A DNA stretch of 64,000 bases from an uncultured Candidatus Saccharibacteria bacterium (GCA_964453075.1 CAYVNM010000002.1:4279-68278), one strand, 5' to 3'. Positions 39,962-51,202 are shown, counted from the first letter of the stretch. Numbers and translations: made by a program. The notes: generated from the letters alone by a model not told the origin.

Positions 39962-40804
39962 TTACTTTCGCTTTCCTACCTTTCGGCGAGAAACAATGAA
40001 TTTATTTGAGTATTTCTTAGGAGTTCTTGATTTCTGTCCTTTTCCTGTTGGTTTACCATAAACAGATATAGCTCTCTTGCGTCCTCGTCCTTGTACACCC
40101 TCACCTCCTCCGTATGGGTGATCAACTGGGTTTTGTGCTGTACCTCTAACTGTAGGACGAATACCAAGCCATCGTGAACGACCAGCTTTACCGAAGTTTA
40201 CTAGTCTTGTTTCGTTGTTTGATACTTCACCTATACTTGCATATGCTGTTTCTTTTATTTTTCTGACCTCAGTTGAAGGCATTTTTACATCTACATAACC
40301 AGCATCCTTTGCAATAACTTCTATATAGTTACCAGCTGAACGAGCGAGCTTTGCTCCTCCAAGAGGCTTTACTTCAACATTGTATACAAATGTTCCTATA
40401 ACTATGTTTTTCAAAGGAAGTCTGTTTCCTGGCTTCTGCTCTACATTCTCTCCGGTAACACAAACATCTCCCACTTTTACAGAACGAGGAAGAAGTACAT
40501 ACCTCTTCTCGCCATCTCTATATTGAGCTAGACCAATAAAACCCGCTCTGTTTGGATCATATTCTACTGTTTTTATAGTATAAGGGATATCTATTTTGTC
40601 ATATTTAAAATCAATCTCTCTCCAAAGTCTCTTGTGTCCACCTCCTTTGTGACGAGTTGTTATTTTACCATGATGATTTCTTCCTACTGGTCTTTTGAAA
40701 CCACGAGTAAGTGATTTTACTGGATCATTTGAAGTAACGACACCACTATAAGAGATGTTTGACATGTGTCGGCGACTTGGAGATGTTGGTTTATACTTTT
40801 TCAT
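39962..40804 (-). CDS. rplB: 50S ribosomal protein L2
   Basis: EYDPNR, RSAG, NPVDHPYGGGEG. Confidence 0.97.
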   Translation of the reverse strand: MKKYKPTSPSRRHMSNISYSGVVTSNDPVKSLTRGFKRPVGRNHHGKITTRHKGGGHKRLWREIDFKYDKIDIPYTIKTVEYDPNRAGFIGLAQYRDGEKRYVLLPRSVKVGDVCVTGENVEQKPGNRLPLKNIVIGTFVYNVEVKPLGGAKLARSAGNYIEVIAKDAGYVDVKMPSTEVRKIKETAYASIGEVSNNETRLVNFGKAGRSRWLGIRPTVRGTAQNPVDHPYGGGEGVQGRGRKRAISVYGKPTGKGQKSRTPKKYSNKFIVSRRKVGKRK

Positions 40805-40806
40805 AA

Positions 40807-41088
40807 TTATATATTTTCTATCTTAGTTCCTTTCTTTAGATAAACATAGGCCTTCTTGTATCCTGATTTTATCCCTCTTTTACCTCTAACAAATACATTT
40901 TTTGCAGGAATTGTGGTTGTAGTTACTTTTAAGGGATCTATCTTGTATTTTTCTACAAAAGCCTTTGTTATTCCTGTTTTTGTTGATTTTGGATCAACTT
41001 CAAAAACATAAACAGACATCTCAGCTGACATTGTAGCCTTTTCTGTTATATGAGGTCGTATTAAAACGTGATTAAGGTCTTTTTTCAT
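40807..41088 (-). CDS. rplW: 50S ribosomal protein L23
   Basis: PHITEK, YKKAYV. Confidence 0.95.
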   Translation of the reverse strand: MKKDLNHVLIRPHITEKATMSAEMSVYVFEVDPKSTKTGITKAFVEKYKIDPLKVTTTTIPAKNVFVRGKRGIKSGYKKAYVYLKKGTKIENI

Positions 41089-41089
41089 A

Positions 41090-41818
41090 TTATTTTCCTA
41101 GTTTATCTGTTATTTGTGGTAGACCTTTTTCTGGGTTTGAAATAAGAACATATTTATATTTCATCAAATCAAGAGGGCTAACATTTCTTATCTCATCAAC
41201 CTCTAGATTTCCAAAATTTCTGAAACTCTTTTCTGTTGTTGTATCCTTTGAAGAAAGAGCTATATATACTGAGTTTCTTTTCTTACTTAGCAAGTCATTG
41301 AAACCTCCAACTTTTGAAAGTGAAGACAAAACATTTTTTGCCTCTGCTGTTTTTATAGCCTTCATTGACATATCGTCAACAAACAAAACATGTCCTTTTT
41401 TGAATTTCTCAGAAAGAATCGTGTAAAGAGCTTTTGCCTTCATTTTTTTGTTTACTTTTCTATCAAAATTCTTTTCATTTCTTGGACCATGAGTAACACC
41501 TCCACCAACCCAAATAGGAGAACGTGTAGAACCATGTCTTGCTCTTCCTGTACCCTTTTGTTGCCATGGTTTTTTTCCTCCTCCAGATACATCTCCCCTG
41601 TTTTTTGTGTGAGCTACATTGTTTCGAGCCGAAGATTCCATTGATACAACCACCTGGTGCACCAAATCTGCATTCCATTTCAAACCAAAAACTGATTCTG
41701 GCAGTGAAATTTTTCCTGATTCTTTGCCTTTTTGGTTGTATACTACAGACTCTAAAGCTACAGGAGACTGTGTCTTTTCTTTTGTTTTAATATTCTTTTT
41801 TACTTTTGTCTCTTCCAT
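41090..41818 (-). CDS. rplD: 50S ribosomal protein L4
   Basis: KPWQQKGTGRARHG. Confidence 0.96.
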   Translation of the reverse strand: MEETKVKKNIKTKEKTQSPVALESVVYNQKGKESGKISLPESVFGLKWNADLVHQVVVSMESSARNNVAHTKNRGDVSGGGKKPWQQKGTGRARHGSTRSPIWVGGGVTHGPRNEKNFDRKVNKKMKAKALYTILSEKFKKGHVLFVDDMSMKAIKTAEAKNVLSSLSKVGGFNDLLSKKRNSVYIALSSKDTTTEKSFRNFGNLEVDEIRNVSPLDLMKYKYVLISNPEKGLPQITDKLGK

Positions 41819-41835
41819 GTTTTAAAAATTAGAAA

Positions 41836-42447
41836 TTATCCAATCACTTCTACTAGAGTTCCCTTTCTTCCAGCTATTGCACCTCTAACAAAAATTTCCC
41901 CTGTTTCAGGTTTTACACTGACAACAGTTAGTCCTTTTGTAGTTATTCTGTCTCCTCCCATTCTTCCTGCCATTCTCTTGCCTTTTGCCACACGTCCACC
42001 ATCACGTCCTGCACCTCCAATAGAACCGGGCTCACGCTCTGAGTGTTTTTGTCCGTGTGAACGAGGACCACCTTTGAATCCGTGTCTCTTTACTACACCC
42101 TGGAAACCTTTGCCTTTTGAGGTGCTAGAAACAACAACTGTGTCTCCTTCTGCAAAATCTGTAAGATTTATAACATCACCTACTTTCAATGTTGGCTCCT
42201 CGTCTGTTCTGAATTCTCTTAAAAATCGAAAACTGCCAGTTTTCATGTGACCTTTCTCTGGTTTGTTTATGTTCTTATCTGCTTTTTCACCAAAACCAAT
42301 TTGAACAGCATTATAACCATCAGTGGCAACTGTTTTCACTTGAGTAACAACCATAGGTCCTGATTGAAGGACTGTAACTGGGTGCACCAAACCTTTTTCA
42401 TCAAAGATTTGGGTCATATTAACTTTTGTTCCTAGAATGAATTTCAT
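41836..42447 (-). CDS. rplC: 50S ribosomal protein L3
   Basis: KGKGFQGVVKRH, GSIG, MAGRMG; start ATG 42447. Confidence 0.96.
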   Translation of the reverse strand: MKFILGTKVNMTQIFDEKGLVHPVTVLQSGPMVVTQVKTVATDGYNAVQIGFGEKADKNINKPEKGHMKTGSFRFLREFRTDEEPTLKVGDVINLTDFAEGDTVVVSSTSKGKGFQGVVKRHGFKGGPRSHGQKHSEREPGSIGGAGRDGGRVAKGKRMAGRMGGDRITTKGLTVVSVKPETGEIFVRGAIAGRKGTLVEVIG

Positions 42448-42645
42448 ATAAATTTGGAGACGATTTTCGGACAGTAATGAGAAAGTATCTTCCCAACATT
42501 GCCCTTCGCTAGTCCCCACAAAAAAGTCGCTTTAAGCGATTTGGCTATACTAGCAGATATCCATTTTTTATTCAAGTGTTTTAAAGATTAACAAAAAGAC
42601 CCCACAACAGACGAGAGCGCGAGGCCTTTCTGTTGGCAGGGTCTA

Positions 42646-42870
42646 CTACTTCACCTCAACTGACGAGGTCGGGGTCTCGGACTGGATCCTCTCCGCCTGA
42701 AGCTGGGTCTTGATGAGCTCCAGGATTCCCACAAGCTCCACTTCCGGGATGTTGGTGGTTCTCGAGAACTCACTCACATTCCCGATGATCCAACCCATTA
42801 TCCCCGGGTTCTTCCTGATCAGAGCCTTGAGAATCCTATAGGAACTCAAGGCTTTGTGCATTTCGTCCAT
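42646..42870 (-). CDS. 74-aa orphan (cassette-like unit)
   Basis: TTGACT promoter, AAAGGAGG SD, flanked by hairpins, GC-rich. Confidence 0.65.
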   Translation of the reverse strand: MDEMHKALSSYRILKALIRKNPGIMGWIIGNVSEFSRTTNIPEVELVGILELIKTQLQAERIQSETPTSSVEVK

Positions 42871-42975
42871 GGTGTCTCCTCCTTTCAATAAAATATCACC
42901 TAACTTCAGAAAGTCAACAATATCAAAAAACCACCCAATGGGTGGTTTTTGTTATAATTATTTATTATTTTTGAC

Positions 42976-43368
42976 CTACATAATCTTCACATCAATGTTC
43001 ACACCTGATGGGAGACTAAGGTTTGTCAGAGCTTCCATTATTTTAGGTGTAGGATTTAGAATATCAATAACTCTCTTATGTACTCTCATTTCAAATTGCT
43101 CTCTAGCATTTTTGTAAACGAAAGATGATCGGTTTACTGTATATTTCTTAATCTCTGTTGGAAGTGGAACTGGTCCCTCTATTTTTGCATCATAACGAAG
43201 AGCAGTATCTATGATTTGTTTTACTGACAAATCAAGGATTTTGTACTCGTAAGCTCTAACTCTGATTCGTAGTTTTGAAATAGCATCTGATTTAGGTGCT
43301 ACCTTTCCCGCAGCTTTTGGAGCTTTCTTTGCAACTGTCTTTTTTACTGTGGCTTCTTTTGTTGTCAT
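42976..43368 (-). CDS. rpsJ: 30S ribosomal protein S10 with N-terminal extension
   Basis: GPVPLPT, REQFEMRVHKR. Confidence 0.96.
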   Translation of the reverse strand: MTTKEATVKKTVAKKAPKAAGKVAPKSDAISKLRIRVRAYEYKILDLSVKQIIDTALRYDAKIEGPVPLPTEIKKYTVNRSSFVYKNAREQFEMRVHKRVIDILNPTPKIMEALTNLSLPSGVNIDVKIM

Positions 43369-43464
43369 GTTGTATGAAGATACTAGCAGATAATGGTTTT
43401 TTGTTCAAGTTTTAGATATATACAAGAAGACCGCCACGAAGAACTAGTGTGGTCTTCTTGACGG

Positions 43465-43692
43465 TCAATTCGCAAGCTTCGTTCTCTTAACCTGAATCGC
43501 CTGTACAGATCTTCCGAGCCTGCTTGCGAGCTCACGATCTGTACAACTTCGATCTTGGATTGCCAGAATTTCATTCTGTGACCAAAATCTCCCCGAGTTA
43601 ACTGCCCCCTTCCTGGTTTTTGCATAATTCCTGGCGCGGTCTCTTTTTCTTGTACCCGGATTTTTTTCATACCACACTTTGTTGTTTGGCAA
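43465..43692 (-). CDS. 75-aa Myb/HTH-like orphan (cassette-like unit)
   Basis: W..E....ELASRLGRSVQAIQVKR; TTGACA promoter, AAAGGAGG then TTG. Confidence 0.7.
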   Translation of the reverse strand: MPNNKVWYEKNPGTRKRDRARNYAKTRKGAVNSGRFWSQNEILAIQDRSCTDRELASRLGRSVQAIQVKRTKLAN

Positions 43693-43829
43693 GAAATCCC
43701 TCCTTTATTAATTTAAAGCACTTATACCAGATTTGTCAAATATAAGAACCACCTTTTATTCCTCCTTTAATAACTACCTAGTCTATAAAGTTAAGAACTG
43801 GTTTTGAATTTGATACGAGAATAGTATTA

Positions 43830-43953
43830 TACAAAAATTCCAATTTTAAATGCAGTACCAGGTGGACAAGAAAAAACCGCGAGCCTTACAAAGATAAGGT
43901 GAGCGGCTTTTTTCGTAGTCCAAACGCAATGCATTAAAATTGGAATTTTTGTA
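43830..43953 (+). repeat. Nested palindromic element (family A) at tuf stop
   Basis: Perfect 20-bp IR TACAAAAATTCCAATTTTAA; inner arms shared with 51964-52094. Confidence 0.85.
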
Positions 43954-43955
43954 GT

Positions 43956-45152
43956 TTAAGCGACGATTGAAGTCACAACTCCTGCACCAACTGTTTTACC
44001 TCCCTCTCGAATAGCAAATCTCTGGTTTTGTTCTAGAGCAACTGGGGCTACTAGTTTAACTTTGAATGTAACTGTATCTCCTGGCATAACCATCTCTACT
44101 CCCTCGTTTAGAGTCACATCTCCTGTAACGTCTGTAGTTCGGATGTAGAATTGTGGTTTGTAACCAGAGAAGAATGGAGTGTGTCTTCCTCCTTCCTCTT
44201 TCTTTAGGATGTAAACCTCAGCTGTAAACTCTGTGTGTGGAGTCACTGACTTTGGCTTTGCAAGAACTTGTCCTCTGTGGATGTCCTCTTTCTTAGCACC
44301 TCTTAGAAGGATACCTGCGTTGTCTCCAGCCTCTCCTTGTTGTAGAGACTTGTTGAACATTTCAATACCAGTAACTGTGTATTTTTGTGTATCTTTTAGA
44401 CCAACACACTCAATTTCCTCTCCTACTTTCACAACACCTCTTTCAATTCTTCCTGTAACCACTGTTCCTCTTCCTTCAATTGAGAAGATGTCTTCAACTG
44501 GCATTAGGAATGGCTTATCTAGGTCTCTTTGTGGAACTGGGAAGTATGTGTCCAATGCTGTTGCAAGGTCCAAAACCTTCTTTGCCCATTCGTCATCATT
44601 GTTAGCTGATTCAAGTGCCTTTAGACCTGATCCTCTAATAATAGGTGCTCCTGCTCCGTCGAAACCTTGTTTTGTAAGGAGTTCTCGAACTTCCTCCTCA
44701 ACTAGGTCAATAAGCTCAGCATCTGGAACCATGTCGCATTTGTTTAGGAATACGATGATTTTTGGTACTCCAACTTGCTTTGCTAGAAGAACGTGCTCTC
44801 TTGTTTGAGGCATCACACCGTCTGTAGCTGCTACCACTAGTACTGCACCGTCCATTTGAGCGGCACCAGTAATCATGTTTTTGATGTAGTCAGCGTGTCC
44901 AGGGGCATCTACGTGAGCATAGTGTCTTGTAGGTGTCTCATACTCGTTGTGAGAAAGAGCAATAGTAATTCCTCTTGCTTTTTCCTCTGGAGCTGAGTCA
45001 ATTTGATCAACTCCTTTTAGTTTTGCTGAATATCCATTACCTGCTCTGTTAAGAACAGTTAGAATAGCTGCTGTTAATGTTGTCTTTCCATGGTCAACGT
45101 GACCAATTGTTCCCACGTTTACGTGAGGTTTGCTTCTATCAAAATCTGTCAT
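43956..45152 (-). CDS. tuf: Elongation factor Tu
   Basis: [21 protein letters not shown]. Confidence 0.98.
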   Translation of the reverse strand: MTDFDRSKPHVNVGTIGHVDHGKTTLTAAILTVLNRAGNGYSAKLKGVDQIDSAPEEKARGITIALSHNEYETPTRHYAHVDAPGHADYIKNMITGAAQMDGAVLVVAATDGVMPQTREHVLLAKQVGVPKIIVFLNKCDMVPDAELIDLVEEEVRELLTKQGFDGAGAPIIRGSGLKALESANNDDEWAKKVLDLATALDTYFPVPQRDLDKPFLMPVEDIFSIEGRGTVVTGRIERGVVKVGEEIECVGLKDTQKYTVTGIEMFNKSLQQGEAGDNAGILLRGAKKEDIHRGQVLAKPKSVTPHTEFTAEVYILKKEEGGRHTPFFSGYKPQFYIRTTDVTGDVTLNEGVEMVMPGDTVTFKVKLVAPVALEQNQRFAIREGGKTVGAGVVTSIVA

Positions 45153-45322
45153 AATAATTTTTAATTAAATTAATAATTTTTAAACAAGAACCTCTAAAAA
45201 TTTAATGTTCGAGAAATCTAAACTTTTAGAACTTCTGCGTTTACTAATAAATAAAAGCATCGCAAAGCGACACTCAATCATAGTAGACAAAAAGAAAAAA
45301 ATAGTCAAGCTTGGGCTTTTTG

Positions 45323-45619
45323 TTAAGCCGTAACTAGGAGATCTCGCTTTAGATTATTCCTTTCCTCTATCACTATTTGGTCAAATGTGGGTATCTTTGA
45401 CTTAAGAAATGATAATACATCCTGAGGAGTTGAATTGTCGTTATCTAAAATAGAGTCAAATTCTTCTTGTTCCTTTTCAGACAAGATATCTAGAGCTCTA
45501 ACTAAAATTGCCTGATATATCATCTTGCCCATCCTATCAACCACATCAGCCTGTTTATCTGGAGGAAGTGAACCAAGACCCCAGTCTTCTATGATATCTT
45601 TTGATAAAATATTATTCAT
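45323..45619 (-). CDS. Small acidic helical protein (resembles CPR DUF5663)
   Basis: GLGSLP..Q....L...LSEKEQEEF...FL..KIP pattern recalled for this family; not searched. Confidence 0.65.
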   Translation of the reverse strand: MNNILSKDIIEDWGLGSLPPDKQADVVDRMGKMIYQAILVRALDILSEKEQEEFDSILDNDNSTPQDVLSFLKSKIPTFDQIVIEERNNLKRDLLVTA

Positions 45620-45623
45620 AATT

Positions 45624-48572
45624 TTATTTTATTTGTAAAAATTTCTTCACATTTTTAAAAGCTCGCTCATATGCGTTATCATCAAGAAACCAACCCCCTT
45701 TTAAACCACTATCAAACTTTAGCTTTGGGCTCAAGACTGACCCTTTTACCTCCATTGAACCACTAGCTATCTCTTTTCCATTGAGCAAAACTTTCATTCC
45801 CATTGGATCATCTTTCAATCCTTGAACTATGTAGATCTTCCCGCCCTCAAACTCAACCGCAGTAGGACTTGATCCAATCTGATCAACTCTAGCGCTTTTT
45901 TCAAAAGCTTTTGCAAAGGCACTTCTCAAATCTTTATATTTTGCACCATCTTGAAATTTATCATCCAAGACCAATAATTTTCCGTTACCAAATGTCTGTT
46001 CGTGGGCTATGGTTTGGTCACCAAACTTGACTATTTTACTCTCCCCTTCGGCCAAAACCTCAACCACAGAATCATTGTGAGGAATTTGATAAACAACATT
46101 TGTTGGTCCTGAAGTATCTACTGTTGGTATTATTTTTGGTTCTTCTGGAATTGTTGCCTGTTCTACGGGTGCCATTCTAGAATCCCATTCAGGCACTTTT
46201 GCCTCTATTACTGCCGGATGATCGACATCAACAGGAACATCAGCCAATTTCTCTGCAATCAAAGTAGTATCTTGAGTTGGTACTACTGCTTCTTGGGGAG
46301 CTTGTTTTAAAGTATCTCTACCAATATGACTCAATGTTTCCTTTGTACCATCCACATGTTCAATTATCAACTGTCCATTATCATTCATTGAGAGCTTCTC
46401 TCCAACAAAACCCACGGCACTATCATTAACCTCTCCTGGTTTATATAATCCATAATCTTTTGCTATCTCAACTGTCGGCCTGTCTATTATGTTCTTTTTG
46501 ATTTCTGGAGGAATATTATCACCGTACTGTTTTATAATATTTGCCTTGAGATTATGAATGTCTTGCAAGAATCCCTTTGAACTCAGCTCAACTTTTATGG
46601 AAGACTTTTCAAAAACAGCAGATGGTTTGGCAGTATCAATCGTATTTGCTACCGCTTCTTTATTTGGCAAAGCTGTTTCCAAACTCCCCGCTTGCATTGT
46701 TTTTGGTTTTATTACCCCATCAAATGGAGCTGAAACTTTTGTTTGTGTAATTTTTGGTTTGTTTGGTATTGATTCTGTATTACTTCCTCCAATTCCTACA
46801 CCAGAAGACAGCGCTGACTCTGCAAGTCCTGTCAAAATACCAGCACCTGCACCAGCACCAACCATCACCATGGCTTTTTTTATTCTTTGATTGTTTTTTC
46901 TTTTCAATTCTTCTTCTCTGGCTTGCATGTAACCTGTCTCTCTTTGCTCAAAGGTCTTACCTGAAGACTCATCTGTATAATCTGAAATACTTTTTTCTTT
47001 GGCCTCTGTATTAATTTTATCTGTCCTCTTTCCATATATATTACCAGCAACCCTAGAACCAAAAGCTCCTCCTATACCCCTACCCAAACGAGTTCCTGCA
47101 TATAGAGCGCCAGCGCCAAGACCAGCAGTTAAGCCGACTCCCGTACCTATGAGTATTGGAGCAACAGCCATACGTAAAGGAGCTGGAACTTTTGACCAGA
47201 CCTTAAGTCCTTTGGCAGCCAATTCTTTTACCTTTTGTATCTTCTCATTATCCCCAGAAGACAATGAATCAATTTGCTCTTGTAATAAATTCCACTCTTG
47301 TTCTGCCTGTTCTAATAACTTTATTTTAATTTGACCCAACATCTCCGCTTCCTCTTCTGGAGTCAGGGGTGTACCACCCTGTTCTTTTTCTATAGCTTGA
47401 GTCTCAAAAACATCGATTATTTCGTCTTTTTTTATTTTTTTCTGACTAATGTATGCGGCCAAGGCTTCATCTAGATTATTTTGAGCTTCTTCCAAATCTA
47501 TCTCTGTTGGAGATTTTTCTTTTGAACGTCCAGATAAAATTCCACCAGAAAGCAACCCTTCTAAAGAACCTTTTATTTTATTGTACTTACTATTTTTTTT
47601 GTTAAATTCTATTTTTGCTCGAGCATAATTTTCACGAGCCAAATCCAAATCAGTCTTAGCCTTTTCAACCGTCTCTGGGGCCAAATCAACCAACTTGTGT
47701 TCTGATTCTGTAACCACATCAGGTTCTGGAGTGGCCACTGGTTCAACTGAATCTAGTTTATCAACAGTCGCACCAGACATCTCTGCCGATAAATCATTTG
47801 TTTTTTCTATATTAGTCTCTGTTGGAACTGGATTGATTGCATCTTCTTTTTTTTGTATTGATTGCAACCATACAATCCTCTTTTCCTCATCTTCGATGTT
47901 ACTTACCACCTCACGAGCAGAGCCAAAATTCTTACGTGCAATAAAAATACGAACCAAATCCTCCAGAGACTGATTTTGTTTGTTTTTATCTTTGATTTGT
48001 CTTGCATAACCGATAGCCTTAGTTAGATCCGATGACCATGTATTACCAAACAACGTTAGAAGTTCTTGATCAGAATCTGCAACCACATTATTCATACCTG
48101 TATCTATTACAGATATCTCTGGGTCTGATTCTGATTCATTTTTTGGTTCATCAATAAAACCAAGAGCCGTATTGTATTCTGATTCCGTTAAATAATGCAA
48201 TGAATAGTACTTACCAAGTGCCTTTACCATTGACTTTCTAGGCATATTTTCCATGCTGTGTAATAAAGATCTTTTTGGCACCTTTTCAGATAAACCATTA
48301 ATATAATCCACCAAACCCTTGGGCATAGGAAAAATCTCTTCCCTTTTTTCACCCTCTGGACTGGGTTGATTATTAATTACAGGCGCTGAAGGAGGAATTG
48401 CAGATAAGTCCAAATTGTCTGTTGGTTTTTGGGGAACTTCAGAAAAATCACGTATCCCAGAAGAAGGTTCTGGTTGAAGTTTTAATTCTTGTCCGGCCAA
48501 AAAATCTAGTGGATTTTTTGATGTATTTAGATGCAAATCTAGATCATCTATTCTTTCTGCAGGAGTTGCCAT
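45624..48572 (-). CDS. 982-aa hypothetical protein: acidic/coiled-coil N-half, Gly-rich hydrophobic segments, C-terminal beta domain
   Basis: Long ORF with host-like composition; no recognised motif. Confidence 0.8.
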   Translation of the reverse strand: MATPAERIDDLDLHLNTSKNPLDFLAGQELKLQPEPSSGIRDFSEVPQKPTDNLDLSAIPPSAPVINNQPSPEGEKREEIFPMPKGLVDYINGLSEKVPKRSLLHSMENMPRKSMVKALGKYYSLHYLTESEYNTALGFIDEPKNESESDPEISVIDTGMNNVVADSDQELLTLFGNTWSSDLTKAIGYARQIKDKNKQNQSLEDLVRIFIARKNFGSAREVVSNIEDEEKRIVWLQSIQKKEDAINPVPTETNIEKTNDLSAEMSGATVDKLDSVEPVATPEPDVVTESEHKLVDLAPETVEKAKTDLDLARENYARAKIEFNKKNSKYNKIKGSLEGLLSGGILSGRSKEKSPTEIDLEEAQNNLDEALAAYISQKKIKKDEIIDVFETQAIEKEQGGTPLTPEEEAEMLGQIKIKLLEQAEQEWNLLQEQIDSLSSGDNEKIQKVKELAAKGLKVWSKVPAPLRMAVAPILIGTGVGLTAGLGAGALYAGTRLGRGIGGAFGSRVAGNIYGKRTDKINTEAKEKSISDYTDESSGKTFEQRETGYMQAREEELKRKNNQRIKKAMVMVGAGAGAGILTGLAESALSSGVGIGGSNTESIPNKPKITQTKVSAPFDGVIKPKTMQAGSLETALPNKEAVANTIDTAKPSAVFEKSSIKVELSSKGFLQDIHNLKANIIKQYGDNIPPEIKKNIIDRPTVEIAKDYGLYKPGEVNDSAVGFVGEKLSMNDNGQLIIEHVDGTKETLSHIGRDTLKQAPQEAVVPTQDTTLIAEKLADVPVDVDHPAVIEAKVPEWDSRMAPVEQATIPEEPKIIPTVDTSGPTNVVYQIPHNDSVVEVLAEGESKIVKFGDQTIAHEQTFGNGKLLVLDDKFQDGAKYKDLRSAFAKAFEKSARVDQIGSSPTAVEFEGGKIYIVQGLKDDPMGMKVLLNGKEIASGSMEVKGSVLSPKLKFDSGLKGGWFLDDNAYERAFKNVKKFLQIK

Positions 48573-48605
48573 GCGTATATTATATCTTCTTTAAAATACT
48601 GACGC

Positions 48606-48641
48606 AATAAAAAATCTCGCATTTCTGCGAGATTTTTTATT
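48606..48641 (-). terminator. Intrinsic terminator after fusA
   Basis: 16-bp perfect IR with T-tract. Confidence 0.8.
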
Positions 48642-48643
48642 TT

Positions 48644-50785
48644 TTATTTTCTACTTTCTACAATAGTCTTCTCAACGTTTGGTGGTACAACCTCGTAATG
48701 ATCAAACTCCATCATCACACTTCCTCTACCCTGTGTCATAGAACGAATATCAGTAGTGTAACCAAACATTTCTGACAATGGAACTTTGGCATGAATAACT
48801 CTGAGCATTCCCCTCTCTTCCATTCCTTCAATTTGACCTCTCTTTCCTGAAAGTGATCCTGTAACATCACCCATGAACTGTTCTGGCATGATAGCATCAA
48901 CTTTCATAATTGGTTCTAGAATAACTGGACGAGCTCTTTTGGCTGCGTCCTGGAACGCCTGTGAAGCTGCGATCTTGTAAGCGATTTCTGAAGAGTCCAC
49001 ATCGTGATATGAACCGAACGTAAGCTCACAAGAAACATTTACCATTTTGTACCCAGCAACAATTCCTCGGTCCATAGCCTCGTGAACACCCTTCTCAACT
49101 GCTGGAATAAACTCTTGAGGAATGACACCTCCTTTGATTGAATCAATAAACTCAAAATCTTCGTATCTCTTAACGTTCTTTGGAATTTTTGCCCCTTCTT
49201 CTATTTTTTCAAGAGGTTTGATTGTAAGTTTAACGTGACCATACTGACCCTTACCTCCAGTTTGCTTGATATATTTATGTTCTGCTTCTGCTGTACCCAA
49301 AATAGTCTCTCTGTATGCCACCTGTGGTTTACCAACATTAACCTCCACACTGAACTCTCTCTTCATACGATCAACCATAATCTCAAGGTGAAGCTCTCCC
49401 ATTCCTGAAACTATAGTTTCTCCTGTTTCTGTGTTTGAAGAAACAACAAATGTTGGGTCTTCATCAGAAAGTTTTTTCAAAGCCATACCCATTTTCTCTT
49501 GATCTGCTTTTGTCTTTGGCTCAATACGTAAAGCAACCACGGGAGCCACAAATTTAATTGGGTCTAGAACTATTGGTTTGTTTTCATCACATAGAGTGTG
49601 TGATGTTTTTGCGGATTTCAATCCCACAGCCGCAGCAATCTCTCCAGCAAAAACTTTTTTTACCTCCTCTCTTTTGTCTGCCTGAAGCCTCACAATACGT
49701 CCAAGTCTTTCTTTCTCTCCTGTTGTTGAGTTATATATGTATGTTCCTGCTTCTATTGTTCCAGAATAAACACGGAAGAATGTAAGCTGACCAACGAAAG
49801 GATCGTTTTGCAATTTGAAAGCGAGTGCAGCAAAAGGTTCTTCATCAGAAGCATGTCTCACTGTTTCCTCACCTGTCTTTGGATCCAAACCTCTTACTGG
49901 AGGAATATCTAGAGGAGATGGTAAGTATTCTACAACCGCATCCAAAACAAGCTGGATTCCTTTGTTTTTCAATGCTGAACCGGCCATAACAGGAACAAGC
50001 TTTACTTCCAAACACGCTTTTCTAAGAGTTTTCTTCAACTCTTCTATAGTAGGCTCATTTCCATTTAGAAACATTTCCATTTGAGCATCATCTTGCTCTA
50101 CAATCTTTTCAATAAGTTCTGCTCGGAATTTCTTTGCCTCGTCTAGATACTCTGCAGGAATTTCTGCCTCACGAATATTCATACCCATATTTCCCTCAAA
50201 GTAGTAGGCCTTCATTTTCAAAAGATCTATCACACCCTCAAATTTATCTTCCAAACCAATAGGAATTTGAAGTCTAACTGCATTTTTTGTAAGTCTGTCT
50301 AAAATAGATTCGTATGATCTCTCAAAAGACGCACCTGTTCGATCAAGTTTGTTTATTAGACAGATTCTAGGAACATTACCATCATCCGCGTATCTCCAGT
50401 TTGTTTCAGACTGAGGTTCCACACCAGCCACACCGTCAAACACAACAACCGCGCCGTCCAAAACTCGGAGACTTCTTTTCACTTCAGCTGTGAAGTCAAT
50501 GTGCCCAGGAGTATCAATGATATTGAAACGATACTGTGGTTTACCGTCTTTTGGCATGTAAGTAGGATTCCAAAAACAAGTAATAGCAGCGGCGGTAATA
50601 GTAATACCTCGCTCTCTTTCCTGTTCCATCCAGTCAGTCACTGTCTCGCCTTCGTGTACCTCACCTATTTTGTGTGTCATTCCAGTATAGAAAAGCACAC
50701 GTTCTGATGTAGTTGTCTTACCAGCATCAATGTGAGCAATAATACCGAAGTTTCTAACTCTCTCCAATGGATAATCGCGGTTCAT
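48644..50785 (-). CDS. fusA: Elongation factor G
   Basis: [25 protein letters not shown]; start ATG 50785. Confidence 0.98.
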   Translation of the reverse strand: MNRDYPLERVRNFGIIAHIDAGKTTTSERVLFYTGMTHKIGEVHEGETVTDWMEQERERGITITAAAITCFWNPTYMPKDGKPQYRFNIIDTPGHIDFTAEVKRSLRVLDGAVVVFDGVAGVEPQSETNWRYADDGNVPRICLINKLDRTGASFERSYESILDRLTKNAVRLQIPIGLEDKFEGVIDLLKMKAYYFEGNMGMNIREAEIPAEYLDEAKKFRAELIEKIVEQDDAQMEMFLNGNEPTIEELKKTLRKACLEVKLVPVMAGSALKNKGIQLVLDAVVEYLPSPLDIPPVRGLDPKTGEETVRHASDEEPFAALAFKLQNDPFVGQLTFFRVYSGTIEAGTYIYNSTTGEKERLGRIVRLQADKREEVKKVFAGEIAAAVGLKSAKTSHTLCDENKPIVLDPIKFVAPVVALRIEPKTKADQEKMGMALKKLSDEDPTFVVSSNTETGETIVSGMGELHLEIMVDRMKREFSVEVNVGKPQVAYRETILGTAEAEHKYIKQTGGKGQYGHVKLTIKPLEKIEEGAKIPKNVKRYEDFEFIDSIKGGVIPQEFIPAVEKGVHEAMDRGIVAGYKMVNVSCELTFGSYHDVDSSEIAYKIAASQAFQDAAKRARPVILEPIMKVDAIMPEQFMGDVTGSLSGKRGQIEGMEERGMLRVIHAKVPLSEMFGYTTDIRSMTQGRGSVMMEFDHYEVVPPNVEKTIVESRK

Positions 50786-50906
50786 AATAAAATAATAATT
50801 TAATAAATAAAAAAGCCCTAGGGCAATCACACAAAACTATATACTAAAAGAACTTCTGTTGCAATACAGATTAGACTGTGTTAGAAATGCCTTCAGGAGG
50901 TACCCA

Positions 50907-51152
50907 ATGAAAGTGCTGAAAATGTTCGAGGTTGCTGAAGCATTGTTCCGAGTTGGTGGAGGTGAACACAGATTCCAACTCGGAATCCCCGTCACCGTCA
51001 AAAACACCAGTACGGGAGAAGAAATCAGAATCGTCGGAATTGAAGTCAACGAGACCTACAAGGATGTCGTGCATCTGTACGCCGAAAACAGCATCCAAGC
51101 TCTCAGCCCCGACAACTTCGAGATCGTCGGACCAGCGCCAGACGCCCAGTAG
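50907..51152 (+). CDS. 81-aa orphan (cassette-like unit, opposite strand)
   Basis: TTGCAA-17-TAGAAA, AGGAGG then ATG 50907, GGCCCC/GGGGCC terminator. Confidence 0.65.
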   Translation: MKVLKMFEVAEALFRVGGGEHRFQLGIPVTVKNTSTGEEIRIVGIEVNETYKDVVHLYAENSIQALSPDNFEIVGPAPDAQ

Positions 51153-51202
51153 AACCAAGGCCCCGAGTAATTAGGGGCCTTTCGACTACATCAAAAAATA
51201 TT

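Noticed and set aside
43383-43670. 95-aa alternative-frame ORF
   Set aside because: No SD; the overlapping 75-aa frame has an SD and an HTH-like motif
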